From an uncultured phage cr110_1: DNA of 40,000 nt. Of this stretch, positions 18,560 through 27,647 are shown one piece after another. The position numbers and the translations under genes are program-made. Under the pieces are notes generated by a model. It did not search any database. It was not told the origin of the DNA and saw only the letters and a program-made list of their open reading frames with translations. Each line of letters opens with the position of its first letter. Positions within the stretch are counted from its first letter, which is position 1. The stretch lies in sequence record MT774386.1. One strand, given 5' to 3'.

Positions 18560-21500
18560 AATTTATGATGCAACGCAGGCTTATGAAAGGCTTACTTATG
18601 TTAAGCATAATGGACATGTTTATCTTAGTAAGCAAGATGTGCCTGTTGGTGCTTCTCCTACGGGGGGTGATAATGATGAATATTGGCTTGATTATAAAAT
18701 AGCTGCTGCTTCTTGTCGGCTTGGTCGAGCTTATCGTCGTATTACTGATTGGAACGTTGTTAGACCTACTGGTGGAAGTTACGACAACCCACACCCCGTA
18801 GAGGAAGAATGGACTGCTGAACCTACTTCTGCAAATGGTATTCTTTGGTATTCTGAACGTCTTTTTACAGAAGACGGTCGTAATCAAGATGCTGAATGGA
18901 GTATGCCTGCTCAGCTTACTTATACTCTTTATACAGAATTTTATACTTCTAATGTTGAAAAAGAACCCGGTACTCCTGATACTCATCCTCAAAACTGGGT
19001 AAAAGGTTATCAAGAAGGTTATATTTGGCTTGCTACACAAGAAGTTTATAATGATTCTAAACAAGGTTGGGTGGTTAATCTTATTCGTGGAACTAAAATT
19101 GAAAGCGTTGAAGCTACTGTTGATGCGGAAGTAGGTACTCCTGCTGTTGTTGTTATCAATAAAGGAACTGAACTTAATCCGAAATTTATATTCCAGTTTA
19201 CCAATATGAAAGGTGAACATGGAGATAGAGGTAATTATACTTTTATCTTTAATGGAGAAATTAATCCTACTGGAAATAATCAAACTTCTTCTGTTGTAAC
19301 TCCTACTGGTATTACTCTTGCTGTTGGAGATAATGTTATTGATAATAACGGAGATGTTTATATAGTTCGTGTTATTGGGCCGACTACTTTTGCCGTTATT
19401 CAAGATGCTGTTCAAACTATTCGTGGTATTGATACCAAACGTGGAGTTGTTTACATGCGTAGCAATAACGACGCTTCTGTTAAAACTCCGACTGGCGGTT
19501 CTTATGATAATCCAGTTCCTACTGAAAGTACTTGGAATACTGAGATTCCCGACGGTTCTGCTAAACTTTGGGTTTCTACTCGAATGTTTACCTCTAATGG
19601 TAAGAACCAAGAAGAAGCTTGGAGTACTCCTAAGAATTTGACTTATGTTCAATATATTGAAACTTGGTACAGTACTGTTGAAAATAATCCCGGCAATCCT
19701 GATGATAATCCGGATAATTGGAGTAAGACAGGTAATAATTTTATTTGGATTGCAGTTCGTACTATTTATAATGGTAATAAACAAGAATGGAATATAGCTA
19801 AAGTTGTTGGTAAGACTGGCGCTACTGGTCCAACTGGTGCTCCAGGTTCTAATGGTTCTGATGGAGCTGATGGTAAATCTGCTTCTATTAAATCTGCTAC
19901 TGCAACAGTAGATGCGAATGTAGGAATTCCTTCTGTTGATGTTACTGTTGGTGGTACTGAATTTGAACGTACATTTGATTTTGCTTTTAAAAACCTTAAA
20001 GGTCAAAAAGGAGATAAGGGCGATACTGGTAAGACTGGCGAAAAAGGAGATATAGGCGTAACTGGTAAGGATGGTAAAAACTTTACTATTCTTGGATATA
20101 AAGATAGTCTTGAACAACTTCAAACAGATGTTCCAAGTCCTGCTCAAGGCGACGCTTATGGTGTTGGTACTGTTGAACCTTACGAATTGTATATCTACGA
20201 TACTACCAAAGGTTGGGTAGCTAATGGAACTATTGGCGGCGGAACTTCTGTTGATGTTGTAGATAATCTTACTACTGGCGATGCAGATAAAGCTTTATCT
20301 GCTAATATGGGTAAGAAGCTTAATGAAGATAAGCTTGCCATTGGTGATGTTGTTAATAATTTAACAACCAATGATGCAAAGAAAGCTTTATCCGCTGCTC
20401 AAGGTAAAAAACTTCAAGATGAAAAAGTAGAAGATGCTCCCAAAGACGGTAGTCCTTATATGCGTAAAAATGGAGCTTGGAGTGCTTATACTCAGATTGA
20501 AGAAGTTTATACTTTTGAACCTGATTTAACAACTGACAAAATAACTCAAGAAGAATATAATAAACTTAAAGCTGCTGTTCAAGCTGGTAAAGTTATTGTT
20601 CTTAAGCAACAAGATATTCCTGGTGGATATGTTATGAGCATATCCATATTCATGGAGAATACTATTAATTTAATGTATAGTGCTGGCGATTCATTTACAT
20701 TACTTAGTATTACTTCAGATTTAAATGTTACTGTTGAGACTCGATATTGTCTTTTGCCAAATAATACTAAAGAATATGAAGTAACTGGCAATTATAATCC
20801 TGCTCATAAGAAATACGTTGACGAAGCCGTTGTTGCTAATTCATATAAAGTTCTTCCTACTGAAGTTCTTGAAATTACTCAAGGTATGGCTTCCGATGAT
20901 ATTTTCAATAAGTTTGGTGGTAAATCCGCATATCTTGATTTTGTTAAGAATACTCCTGCTAATTCTATTATACGAGTTGAGGGTGGTGCTCTTTGTGTAG
21001 CAAGTATTATTACTTATACTGATGATAATACAAGTACTCTTGCTATTCAGACGCTTGGTTTAAATGCTTCACAATATATAGGAGTTACTGTTAGTAGCGG
21101 AACTGCTTCTGCTTTAACAGCTAAATATATTTTTGTAAATGAAAGTGATGTTCTTACCAAGACCAATACTTCTGCTTATACTCCGACTAAGGATTATCAG
21201 CCTTCAACAAAGAAGTATGTTGATACTGCTATCTATGGAAAAATAATTAATGCGGATAGTGGAACTATTTCCAGTGATTTAGTTGTCAATGGTACAAATT
21301 TAACGGGTATAGATGCAGAAGAGAGAGTTAAGAAGTATTTTGGTAATCTTGCTAATTTTAGAAATGTGGTTCAGGATATAATAGAAAATCATACAAGATA
21401 TTTTATTCATAATGGCAATGATTGCAGAGAATTAGGTTGCTTAAATGTTTGGAAAAATACGGAAAACACTGAACATGAATTACATTTTATATTAACAGGA

Positions 21501-21692
21501 TTTGGTGATGGAAATTTACATACAAAAAGGTATTCAATAAGAATCACTGAGAATACTGATGATGCAAAATTTATAATAGAAAATATCGTTAGTTCCGATA
21601 ATCTCAGGACTGTTACTAAGAAAACTTCAACCGAATATTCTAACATTAATCCTAAATTAGATAATACTGCTTATCTTGTAACAGATGATTAA
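18504..21692 (+). CDS. Tail/head fibre with duplicated domain and collagen-like segments
   Basis: 1062 aa; [29 protein letters not shown] adhesin-like N-terminus, [19 protein letters not shown] and [17 protein letters not shown] collagen repeats, [18 protein letters not shown] fibre motif. Confidence 0.75.
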   Translation: MDIEEKDLGKAIVTVASPEIYDATQAYERLTYVKHNGHVYLSKQDVPVGASPTGGDNDEYWLDYKIAAASCRLGRAYRRITDWNVVRPTGGSYDNPHPVEEEWTAEPTSANGILWYSERLFTEDGRNQDAEWSMPAQLTYTLYTEFYTSNVEKEPGTPDTHPQNWVKGYQEGYIWLATQEVYNDSKQGWVVNLIRGTKIESVEATVDAEVGTPAVVVINKGTELNPKFIFQFTNMKGEHGDRGNYTFIFNGEINPTGNNQTSSVVTPTGITLAVGDNVIDNNGDVYIVRVIGPTTFAVIQDAVQTIRGIDTKRGVVYMRSNNDASVKTPTGGSYDNPVPTESTWNTEIPDGSAKLWVSTRMFTSNGKNQEEAWSTPKNLTYVQYIETWYSTVENNPGNPDDNPDNWSKTGNNFIWIAVRTIYNGNKQEWNIAKVVGKTGATGPTGAPGSNGSDGADGKSASIKSATATVDANVGIPSVDVTVGGTEFERTFDFAFKNLKGQKGDKGDTGKTGEKGDIGVTGKDGKNFTILGYKDSLEQLQTDVPSPAQGDAYGVGTVEPYELYIYDTTKGWVANGTIGGGTSVDVVDNLTTGDADKALSANMGKKLNEDKLAIGDVVNNLTTNDAKKALSAAQGKKLQDEKVEDAPKDGSPYMRKNGAWSAYTQIEEVYTFEPDLTTDKITQEEYNKLKAAVQAGKVIVLKQQDIPGGYVMSISIFMENTINLMYSAGDSFTLLSITSDLNVTVETRYCLLPNNTKEYEVTGNYNPAHKKYVDEAVVANSYKVLPTEVLEITQGMASDDIFNKFGGKSAYLDFVKNTPANSIIRVEGGALCVASIITYTDDNTSTLAIQTLGLNASQYIGVTVSSGTASALTAKYIFVNESDVLTKTNTSAYTPTKDYQPSTKKYVDTAIYGKIINADSGTISSDLVVNGTNLTGIDAEERVKKYFGNLANFRNVVQDIIENHTRYFIHNGNDCRELGCLNVWKNTENTEHELHFILTGFGDGNLHTKRYSIRITENTDDAKFIIENIVSSDNLRTVTKKTSTEYSNINPKLDNTAYLVTDD
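18756..20017 (+). repeat. Internal duplication of a fibre domain
   Basis: Copy 1 (~18756-19223) [16 protein letters not shown]...[20 protein letters not shown]...; copy 2 (~19479-20017) [16 protein letters not shown]...[20 protein letters not shown]..., the latter with a collagen insert. Confidence 0.8.
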
Positions 21693-21716
21693 GATGCTTA
21701 TTATAAAGACAATCGC

Positions 21717-21749
21717 ATTAATCTCGGCAATAATCTTGTCGAGATTAAT
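21717..21749 (+). terminator. Intergenic hairpin, possible terminator after fibre gene
   Basis: ATTAATCTCG / CGAGATTAAT perfect 10-bp stem, 13-nt loop, then CTATTTATT. Confidence 0.5.
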
Positions 21750-21778
21750 CTATTTATTAACGTTTAAGAAATAAAGTT

Positions 21779-22291
21779 ATGGATAATCAGAATAATATAG
21801 CTCTTGCAAATATTGTTGATAGGGGGGGACTTAGGGTAGGAGAAACTAATGCTGGCGCTTTTGTTGGTAGTGCTCTTGTCGCTGGTAAAGAGTTTGATTG
21901 GAGTAAGCTCTATGCCAATCTTAGCTATGTATGGCCTAATGGTGGAACTACTGGTAGTTTTCCTGTTATTATTGCTAATCTTAGTAGCGACCCTGTTCTT
22001 CTACAACGTGATGAAGAAACAGAAGAAGTTGCTCCTGGTAAAATTGATTGGTATACTATCGGTGGTCAAGGTCAAGCTATTTTTAAAATTTCTTTATTTA
22101 ACGAAGATGCTAACGGCAATGGTTCCAGCAAACGAGTTGTTCAATTTTATTCCACAATGCATGCAGAGGGTGAGAGTATTAATTACGGTTATGCTCATAA
22201 TCAAATTATGAATAAGAATGAACGAATTAATAATTTTATAAGCGAAGTGTATAAGCAATTTGTTTGGATTGTTTTTATTTTTGATAATTAA
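21779..22291 (+). CDS. Small fibre-like/structural protein
   Basis: 170 aa; GGLRVGETNAGAFVGSA N-terminus similar to the next gene; G7 tract at 21822-21828. Confidence 0.55.
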   Translation: MDNQNNIALANIVDRGGLRVGETNAGAFVGSALVAGKEFDWSKLYANLSYVWPNGGTTGSFPVIIANLSSDPVLLQRDEETEEVAPGKIDWYTIGGQGQAIFKISLFNEDANGNGSSKRVVQFYSTMHAEGESINYGYAHNQIMNKNERINNFISEVYKQFVWIVFIFDN

Positions 22292-22302
22292 ATAGATATA
22301 AT

Positions 22303-22809
22303 ATGGCTTACGAAAACAATAATGTTCGTGCTGGTGCTAATGGCGCTGGTGTTTATGTTGGTAATACTGAAATCATGGGGGGGACGAATATAACTCCTCT
22401 TAATCTTTATGGCGATAGTTCTTCTACTGATATTCTTCTTGCTAATTTAACTGATGCTACTGCTACATTTAAATTTTATATTGATAATTCTTTAATAGAT
22501 ACTATTGTATGTCAACCTTTTAAAGTACAATGTATTGGTAATCTTTCTTCTTCCGTTAATCAATTTAATGTTAGTTGTGGAGATAATACCGATAAATATC
22601 AAATCAATACTTCTATTAGAAAAGTTGCTTCTGGTAAAGATGATTATGGGGATGCTGATTTGCCCGAATTTACTTTGGTTGATAATGCTGATGAACATTT
22701 TGTTAACGGAATGGTTTATAATTCTAATATATGGAAATATATTAGTCAATCTACTAACAAACAAGAATCTTTTGCTGGCGGTTGGATAGTTCTAACTATG
22801 GATATTTAA
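22303..22809 (+). CDS. Small fibre-like/structural protein, probable diverged paralogue of previous gene
   Basis: 168 aa; NNVRAGANGAGVYVGNT matches VRVGETNAGAFVGSA pattern; G7 tract at 22377-22383. Confidence 0.55.
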   Translation: MAYENNNVRAGANGAGVYVGNTEIMGGTNITPLNLYGDSSSTDILLANLTDATATFKFYIDNSLIDTIVCQPFKVQCIGNLSSSVNQFNVSCGDNTDKYQINTSIRKVASGKDDYGDADLPEFTLVDNADEHFVNGMVYNSNIWKYISQSTNKQESFAGGWIVLTMDI

Positions 22810-23021
22810 ATAAAAAATATTGTGTTTTGCTTTTGTATTTGATAATTATAAATACATTTGTCTAATCATAATCAAGTTATTGTTAGTCTTGTTGCTTGGT
22901 TTATTTATATTATTAATAACAGCGGTTATTATTCGTTTTTGGTTTAAGTTAAAGCCAAGTAACAAACTACAATAACTTGATTTCTAAATTAATTATTTAT
23001 CCATTTAAAACTTTTATTATT

Positions 23022-23264
23022 ATGGAAAGAATTAATCTAATGACTTACGGTGTTATTGGTTTTATTTGTGCTCTTATTTTCGGTGTAACTCTTAACGTTG
23101 GTTGGGAAGTTATTTTCGTTAATCTGTTTATTGGTTTTGCTACTGCTATTATTAAATGTATGCGGAAAGGCTACGATTTCTATTTTGCTGCTGGTAATTT
23201 CGGTTTGCCTGTTTTCGTTGCCGGAGTTATTACTTCTATTTGTATAGCTTTATCTATTGCTTAA
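23022..23264 (+). CDS. Small hydrophobic membrane protein (holin candidate)
   Basis: MERINLMTYGVIGFICALIFGVTLNVGWEVIFVNLFIGFATAIIKCM...FVAGVITSICIALSIA, at least two TM segments. Confidence 0.55.
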   Translation: MERINLMTYGVIGFICALIFGVTLNVGWEVIFVNLFIGFATAIIKCMRKGYDFYFAAGNFGLPVFVAGVITSICIALSIA

Positions 23265-23265
23265 C

Positions 23266-23592
23266 ATGAACTATCTTGATATTGTTATAAGACAAATTCT
23301 TGATAACTTTGATTTTGCTTACATGCTTTGTTGTAACATTCTTTGTTTTGTTATGATTAAAGCTCATGATGAATTTAATGGTGCTAAGAAAGTTCCTACT
23401 TGGAATAAACGTCTTTATTTGATTGTTTCTATTCTACTTCTTGGTATTGTTTATTATAATGTAGGTGAAGTTAAAGTTACTGTTCTTGTTAATAGTGCTA
23501 TACTTGCTCCAGTATTTTGGAGTTGGATTGCTGCTCCGATATTGCATAAATTTGGTATTACATATAAACAGGCAGATGATGCTCTAAAATAG
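23266..23592 (+). CDS. Small membrane protein
   Basis: MNYLDIVIRQILDNFDFAYMLCCNILCF...RLYLIVSILLLGIVYYN...VNSAILAPVFWSWIAAPILHKF, three hydrophobic segments. Confidence 0.55.
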   Translation: MNYLDIVIRQILDNFDFAYMLCCNILCFVMIKAHDEFNGAKKVPTWNKRLYLIVSILLLGIVYYNVGEVKVTVLVNSAILAPVFWSWIAAPILHKFGITYKQADDALK

Positions 23593-23601
23593 ACTGTTTA
23601 A

Positions 23602-23660
23602 CATCCCCCGTAGAGGATGAGACAATGATATGAATCTTTCTCATTCCTTTACGGGGGGTC
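23602..23660. repeat. Inverted pair of the G-rich motif forming a large hairpin
   Basis: CCCCCGTAGAGGATGAGA / TCTCATTCCTTTACGGGGG, 18 bp paired with one G-U and one bulged T, 16-nt loop, in the gap between two CDSs. Confidence 0.85.
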
Positions 23661-23675
23661 TTAATTTCTGAAACA

Positions 23676-24014
23676 ATGATAATCGTCAAAAACAAAATAA
23701 TTCCGTTCGGTAGTTATACTACTATTAACTTATTTGGTATTCTATTTACTAAATCTGATTATCTTAGTCTTATAACTATTAATCATGAACGTATTCATAC
23801 AAAACAGATGCTCGAACTGCTTATAGTTAGTTATTATCTTTGGTATATTATTGAATATATAATTGTTCGTTTCTGTCATAAAAAACAAAATGATGCTTAT
23901 CATGATATTAGCTTTGAAGAAGAAGCTCATAATAATGATAATAATCTTCATTATCTCGATAATAGAAAACATTTTGCATGGTGGAAATACGTTCGATTGC
24001 GTTCTGCCGAATAG
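23676..24014 (+). CDS. Small protein with HExxH motif and membrane segment
   Basis: 112 aa; LITINHERIHTKQMLELLIVSYYLWYIIEYIIV: HERIH fits zinc-metallopeptidase HExxH. Confidence 0.6.
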   Translation: MIIVKNKIIPFGSYTTINLFGILFTKSDYLSLITINHERIHTKQMLELLIVSYYLWYIIEYIIVRFCHKKQNDAYHDISFEEEAHNNDNNLHYLDNRKHFAWWKYVRLRSAE

Positions 24015-24071
24015 CAAAACTATACTGTTACACGCACGTAGATGCGGTTTACTTTACGCCTATTCGATTCA

Positions 24072-24130
24072 GATATACGAAATGATTAATCTATCGAGAT
24101 AGACACAAAATGGCTTGACGAGCCTTAAAA
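24072..24130 (+). promoter_or_regulatory. Intergenic conserved element, copy A
   Basis: ATATACGAAATGATTAATCTATC-N20-TGACGAGCCTTAAAA; matches copy B at 33702-33759. Confidence 0.55.
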
Positions 24131-24176
24131 TGCGTCACAGGAAATCACAATTAATCACGCTCTAATTAATGATATT

Positions 24177-24578
24177 ATGGACAATATTAAAATCTCTAAG
24201 TTCGTTGCTGGACTTGACCTTGATAAAAATAGAAAGAAGTTGCTGATAATATTTATCGAAGAACTAATTAAAGAAAGTACGGAATCTGATTATAAACTTC
24301 CTTTAGCTTCTAACAATACTCGCGGTGGCATTAAAAGTGGTTATTAACAAAATGGTAAAAATTATCCTGTTCAAATTAATGCTCAAGAACAAGCTTATGT
24401 TTCTGTTCCCTGGACTGATAATAATACTACTTATGCTGCTGCAACTGCTTCTGTTTTAGGTTTAGTTAAGAAAGGTGCTGCTGTTGCTCCTGCTGCTACT
24501 GGAGCTGATGCTGCTGCATTAGTTACTAAAATAAATGAACTTTTGACAAGTCTTAAAGCTGCTGGTGTAATCGCTTAA
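24177..24578 (+). CDS. Head-fibre-like protein interrupted by an in-frame TAA at 24345-24347
   Basis: MDNIKISKFVAGLDL...PLASNNTRGGIKSGY*QNGKNYPVQINAQEQAYVSVPWTDNNTTYAAATASVLGLVKKGAAVAPAATGADAAALVTKINELLTSLKAAGVIA; both halves share one frame and codon bias. Confidence 0.65.
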
Positions 24579-24589
24579 ATATAAAGCTT

Positions 24590-24664
24590 ATGAAACAGAT
24601 TATAATAATTCTGCAAGCAATATTGCAAGAGTTGAAAGAACAAACAAAGTTATTAAAAGAATAA
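24590..24664 (+). CDS. 24-aa micro-ORF resembling the N-terminus of the next gene
   Basis: MKQIIIILQAILQELKEQTKLLKE* versus MKIIIIILQAILNLVRKRR at 24674. Confidence 0.35.
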   Translation: MKQIIIILQAILQELKEQTKLLKE

Positions 24665-24673
24665 TTCCTGCTT

Positions 24674-26140
24674 ATGAAAATAATAATTATTATTCTTCAA
24701 GCTATTTTAAATCTCGTCCGTAAAAGGCGAGATTTAATTGCTAATAGAAGCAAGATACCGCCTGAATATAGAGATGATGTTGTTGTTTGGTATAGTCCGA
24801 AGAAACAAAGACTTACTAATTATGATGTTATTGAAAGTTATGCCGACGATTTTACTAAATGGAGAATTGAAAACACAGGAGTTACTTCTACTCAAAAGAA
24901 AATAGTTATTGCTGCTGGTACAGAACTAAAATATAATGTCACTTATAAAGGTTTTGGAAATTCTATTGCTGAATTTGATATTAAATATACAGGTAATGCT
25001 GTTATAAGATACCAATATAACAAGGGAGATGGTACAACGGGTATTATTACTATTAATAGAAGTGGTATCTATCATTTACCTGCCAGCATTAAAGCTCAAA
25101 AGAATTTTGGTTTTTATTGTAATCCTCAAACAGTAACAGAAGAAGCTACTATTGAACAGCTTCCTACTTCTATTCTTAAAGATTTTAGTGGTAATAAACA
25201 TGATGCTTATCTTTATGGTTTTAAAGGTAAACTGAATAGTGGTGTTGGTATTTATAAAGTTGATTTTTCTAAATCTCAGAACGCTAATGCTTTTGATAAT
25301 TTTGAACGTTTTAACAATAAGTTTATTACTAAAGGTAACTATAATGGTAATTGGAACACTTTTGGAGAATATGATATTAACGGTATAGTTAAAAATAAAG
25401 TTACTATTAAAATAACTGGTTTAAATGATATTAAAGATAAACTTGCTTTAGAATACGGATATTTTACTACAGATAGTAAATATATAAAAACTATTATTTT
25501 AATAGACAAAGATGGAGTTTATACGTATGATTTAAATGATATAGTAATACCAGAAGGAAGTAATATAGCTCATACTATATATAATAGAATGTATTTCGGA
25601 GAATCTATTATTAATGATATTAATTTAATTGTAGAAGAAATTCCTGATTATCCTAATTCTCTTTGTTATGCCGGTAAACAATATTGTAAAGCTTATGGTT
25701 TACCTATTTTTGATGATTATACTATTATAGCTCGCAGAACTTGGTTTGATAAAGATGGTGTTTTTGCTAATAAAGGTATTGGTAATGATATAACTAATAC
25801 TGCTTTTGTTTTTGAAAATAAAGCTAATAATAAAACTGTTATTCGTACTGCTTCTTTTGGTGGTTGGAATAATGTTAATATTCCAAACGAAGGAATTAGT
25901 TATCAAACTAAAAATAAATATAACAATGCTGATATTACATATAGTATTGGAATAGATAAAAGTGAAGAATTTGCTATTGGTGCATATAATTCTGATAATG
26001 ATGGTAATTTTGAAGGTTGTCATGACGACATTATTATTTTCAAACGTTCTCTTGCAATTAATGAAATTAACGATATAACCGAAGCTATATTTAACGAAAC
26101 CATTATTGAAGAACAAACGAACAACACACTGAAACCTTAA
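24674..26140 (+). CDS. LamG/concanavalin-like structural or fibre protein
   Basis: 488 aa; C-terminal ...FAIGAYNSDNDGNFEGCHDDIIIFKRSLAINEINDI resembles LamG-like domain ends. Confidence 0.55.
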   Translation: MKIIIIILQAILNLVRKRRDLIANRSKIPPEYRDDVVVWYSPKKQRLTNYDVIESYADDFTKWRIENTGVTSTQKKIVIAAGTELKYNVTYKGFGNSIAEFDIKYTGNAVIRYQYNKGDGTTGIITINRSGIYHLPASIKAQKNFGFYCNPQTVTEEATIEQLPTSILKDFSGNKHDAYLYGFKGKLNSGVGIYKVDFSKSQNANAFDNFERFNNKFITKGNYNGNWNTFGEYDINGIVKNKVTIKITGLNDIKDKLALEYGYFTTDSKYIKTIILIDKDGVYTYDLNDIVIPEGSNIAHTIYNRMYFGESIINDINLIVEEIPDYPNSLCYAGKQYCKAYGLPIFDDYTIIARRTWFDKDGVFANKGIGNDITNTAFVFENKANNKTVIRTASFGGWNNVNIPNEGISYQTKNKYNNADITYSIGIDKSEEFAIGAYNSDNDGNFEGCHDDIIIFKRSLAINEINDITEAIFNETIIEEQTNNTLKP

Positions 26141-26170
26141 CTCTTATTTACCCGATTAGACACAAGACGC

Positions 26171-26229
26171 AAGTCCGCTTATTGAAACTGATATTAATTT
26201 GTCAGCAGAAATAAGCGGACTTTATTTTT
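26171..26229 (+). terminator. Rho-independent terminator
   Basis: Perfect 13-bp stem AAGTCCGCTTATT...AATAAGCGGACTT followed by TATTTTTAT. Confidence 0.75.
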
Positions 26230-26431
26230 ATCGGATATCGATAAAGTAGCTAACTCTCCTCGTGGTAAGGAACTTCTTGAAAAACAACTTAATAATATTC
26301 GTACTAAGAAAGATAGTATTATTGAAGAAGCTAATAGAGAATTAGAACTATTTAAGAAGTTTCAAATTGCTGCTCAAGCTAATCCTAAACTTACTTATGT
26401 CGAATTTTGTAAAACTATTAATAACGAATAA
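26197..26431 (+). other. Coding-like open frame without ATG/GTG/TTG start
   Basis: …SDIDKVANSPRGKELLEKQLNNIRTKKDSIIEEANRELELFKKFQIAAQANPKLTYVEFCKTINNE*; codon usage typical of this phage, stop 26429-26431. Confidence 0.5.
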
Positions 26432-26433
26432 TT

Positions 26434-26805
26434 ATGGTAGAAAGAAAAGTTATAATTGATAAACTTAATGAATTAGTTGATAGTAAAATTACTATTATTG
26501 CTGATACTAATCCGTTTTTGAAAATATTTAAACCTTTTATTGATAAAGCTGCTGATAATTACATTTGTAAAATTAATAAATTTCTTCAAATGATTGAAGA
26601 AGAAAATGGTCTAATAGATATTGAAACTCTTCTTGGAAAATCTATTGATAATCTTATTGTTTCTCCAGTACAAGAATATCCAGATATGTTTAAGGGTGTT
26701 ACTATTGGCAATGGTAAAATTAGAATTGGTCTTCCAGGAATTAATAAAGATATAGTTTTAGATGCTAATGATATTGAAACGTTTAAACAAAGTCTCGTTA
26801 AATAG
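26434..26805 (+). CDS. Hypothetical protein
   Basis: 123-aa ORF starting 3 bp after the previous open frame. Confidence 0.65.
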   Translation: MVERKVIIDKLNELVDSKITIIADTNPFLKIFKPFIDKAADNYICKINKFLQMIEEENGLIDIETLLGKSIDNLIVSPVQEYPDMFKGVTIGNGKIRIGLPGINKDIVLDANDIETFKQSLVK

Positions 26806-26836
26806 TATATTTCTCGATTTAATTCTTAAAATAAGT

Positions 26837-26879
26837 GGCGGTAATCTGTTTGTGAAAATAGGTTATCGCCATTATTTTT
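26837..26879 (+). terminator. Terminator-like hairpin
   Basis: TGGCGGTAA...TTATCGCCA (9 bp with one G-U) followed by TTATTTTTG. Confidence 0.6.
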
Positions 26880-26909
26880 GTAATGGTCGTATTGATAATA
26901 TAATATATT
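26877..26909 (+). promoter_or_regulatory. Bacteroides-type sigma promoter candidate (TTTG-N21-TATATTTG)
   Basis: Matches Bacteroides -33 TTTG / -7 TAnnTTTG consensus; 34 bp upstream of the 26943 gene and directly after a terminator. Confidence 0.55.
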
Positions 26910-26942
26910 TGTCTTATTACTAATATTAATCCTATTATTCCT

Positions 26943-27644
26943 ATGGCTACACTAAACCAATTAATCAGCGAAATTGCTCATGCTACCGGTTCTCCGAATA
27001 CATTAGCTGTTCGTAGAAACATTCGTCAAGCGATTATTCATACTCGTAATGAGTTAGTTCGTAGAAGTTATGAAGCTCATGGTTATATTGATAACGGTCT
27101 TGAACAACGTTTTAGACTTGAACTTGTTGATGTTCCTGATGGCGATTTGTATAAATCAGAGGGATTGAATCTTCCTTTTGTTAAGAGAACTAAACATAAA
27201 GTTCCTCGTCCTGTACGTCTTATTAATAATACTCCTTTTCAATCTGTTTCTACTGTTGGAAGTTATACTCTTTCAGTTCCTTTTGTTCGTGAGCATGCTG
27301 CTCAATTTTATAATCATTTAATTGGTCTTTGTCGTGTTCTTCGTTATGATTATATAAATGATTATATTTATATATTTACTAATTCTGATACAATACAAGC
27401 TAATATTAATTTTATTGTTGTCAAATCTCCTTTTGAATATCCTCATTTAATTAAAACTGAAACTGTTGAATCTGCCGGAAGTTTTTCTGATACAGATTAT
27501 GATGATAGCGAAGAATTAGATGATAATGAATTTCTTCTTCCGGAAGATATGATTGGTAATATTAAGGATATTATATTTAAACGTAATCTACTTAATGTTG
27601 CTCGTGAGACAAACGAAACTCCTGTTGAAAATCTTGTTCGATAA
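26943..27644 (+). CDS. Structural protein, probable ring/connector component
   Basis: 233 aa; start of the second structural block (order conserved in crAss-like phages). Confidence 0.45.
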   Translation: MATLNQLISEIAHATGSPNTLAVRRNIRQAIIHTRNELVRRSYEAHGYIDNGLEQRFRLELVDVPDGDLYKSEGLNLPFVKRTKHKVPRPVRLINNTPFQSVSTVGSYTLSVPFVREHAAQFYNHLIGLCRVLRYDYINDYIYIFTNSDTIQANINFIVVKSPFEYPHLIKTETVESAGSFSDTDYDDSEELDDNEFLLPEDMIGNIKDIIFKRNLLNVARETNETPVENLVR

Positions 27645-27647
27645 GTT

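Noticed and set aside
19369-19641. Leucine-rich + strand ORFs such as [16 protein letters not shown] (also 1429-1683, 4702-4935, 9360-9542, 15810-16016, 16269-16457, 35850-36092)
   Set aside because: They are shifted-frame shadows of the real genes, produced by ACT/GCT/GTT/ATT-rich codons read out of frame.
18498-20147. Long minus-strand ORF of 549 aa (and other minus-strand ORFs)
   Set aside because: Antisense to strongly supported + strand genes, with N/S/I/F-rich composition expected from antisense of this codon usage; no plausible domain.
24353-24460. Hydrophobic ORF MVKIILFKLMLKNKLMFLFPGLIIILLMLLQLLLF in the second half of the split fibre gene
   Set aside because: Typical shadow of the GCT/ACT-rich real frame; holin-like look is likely artefact.
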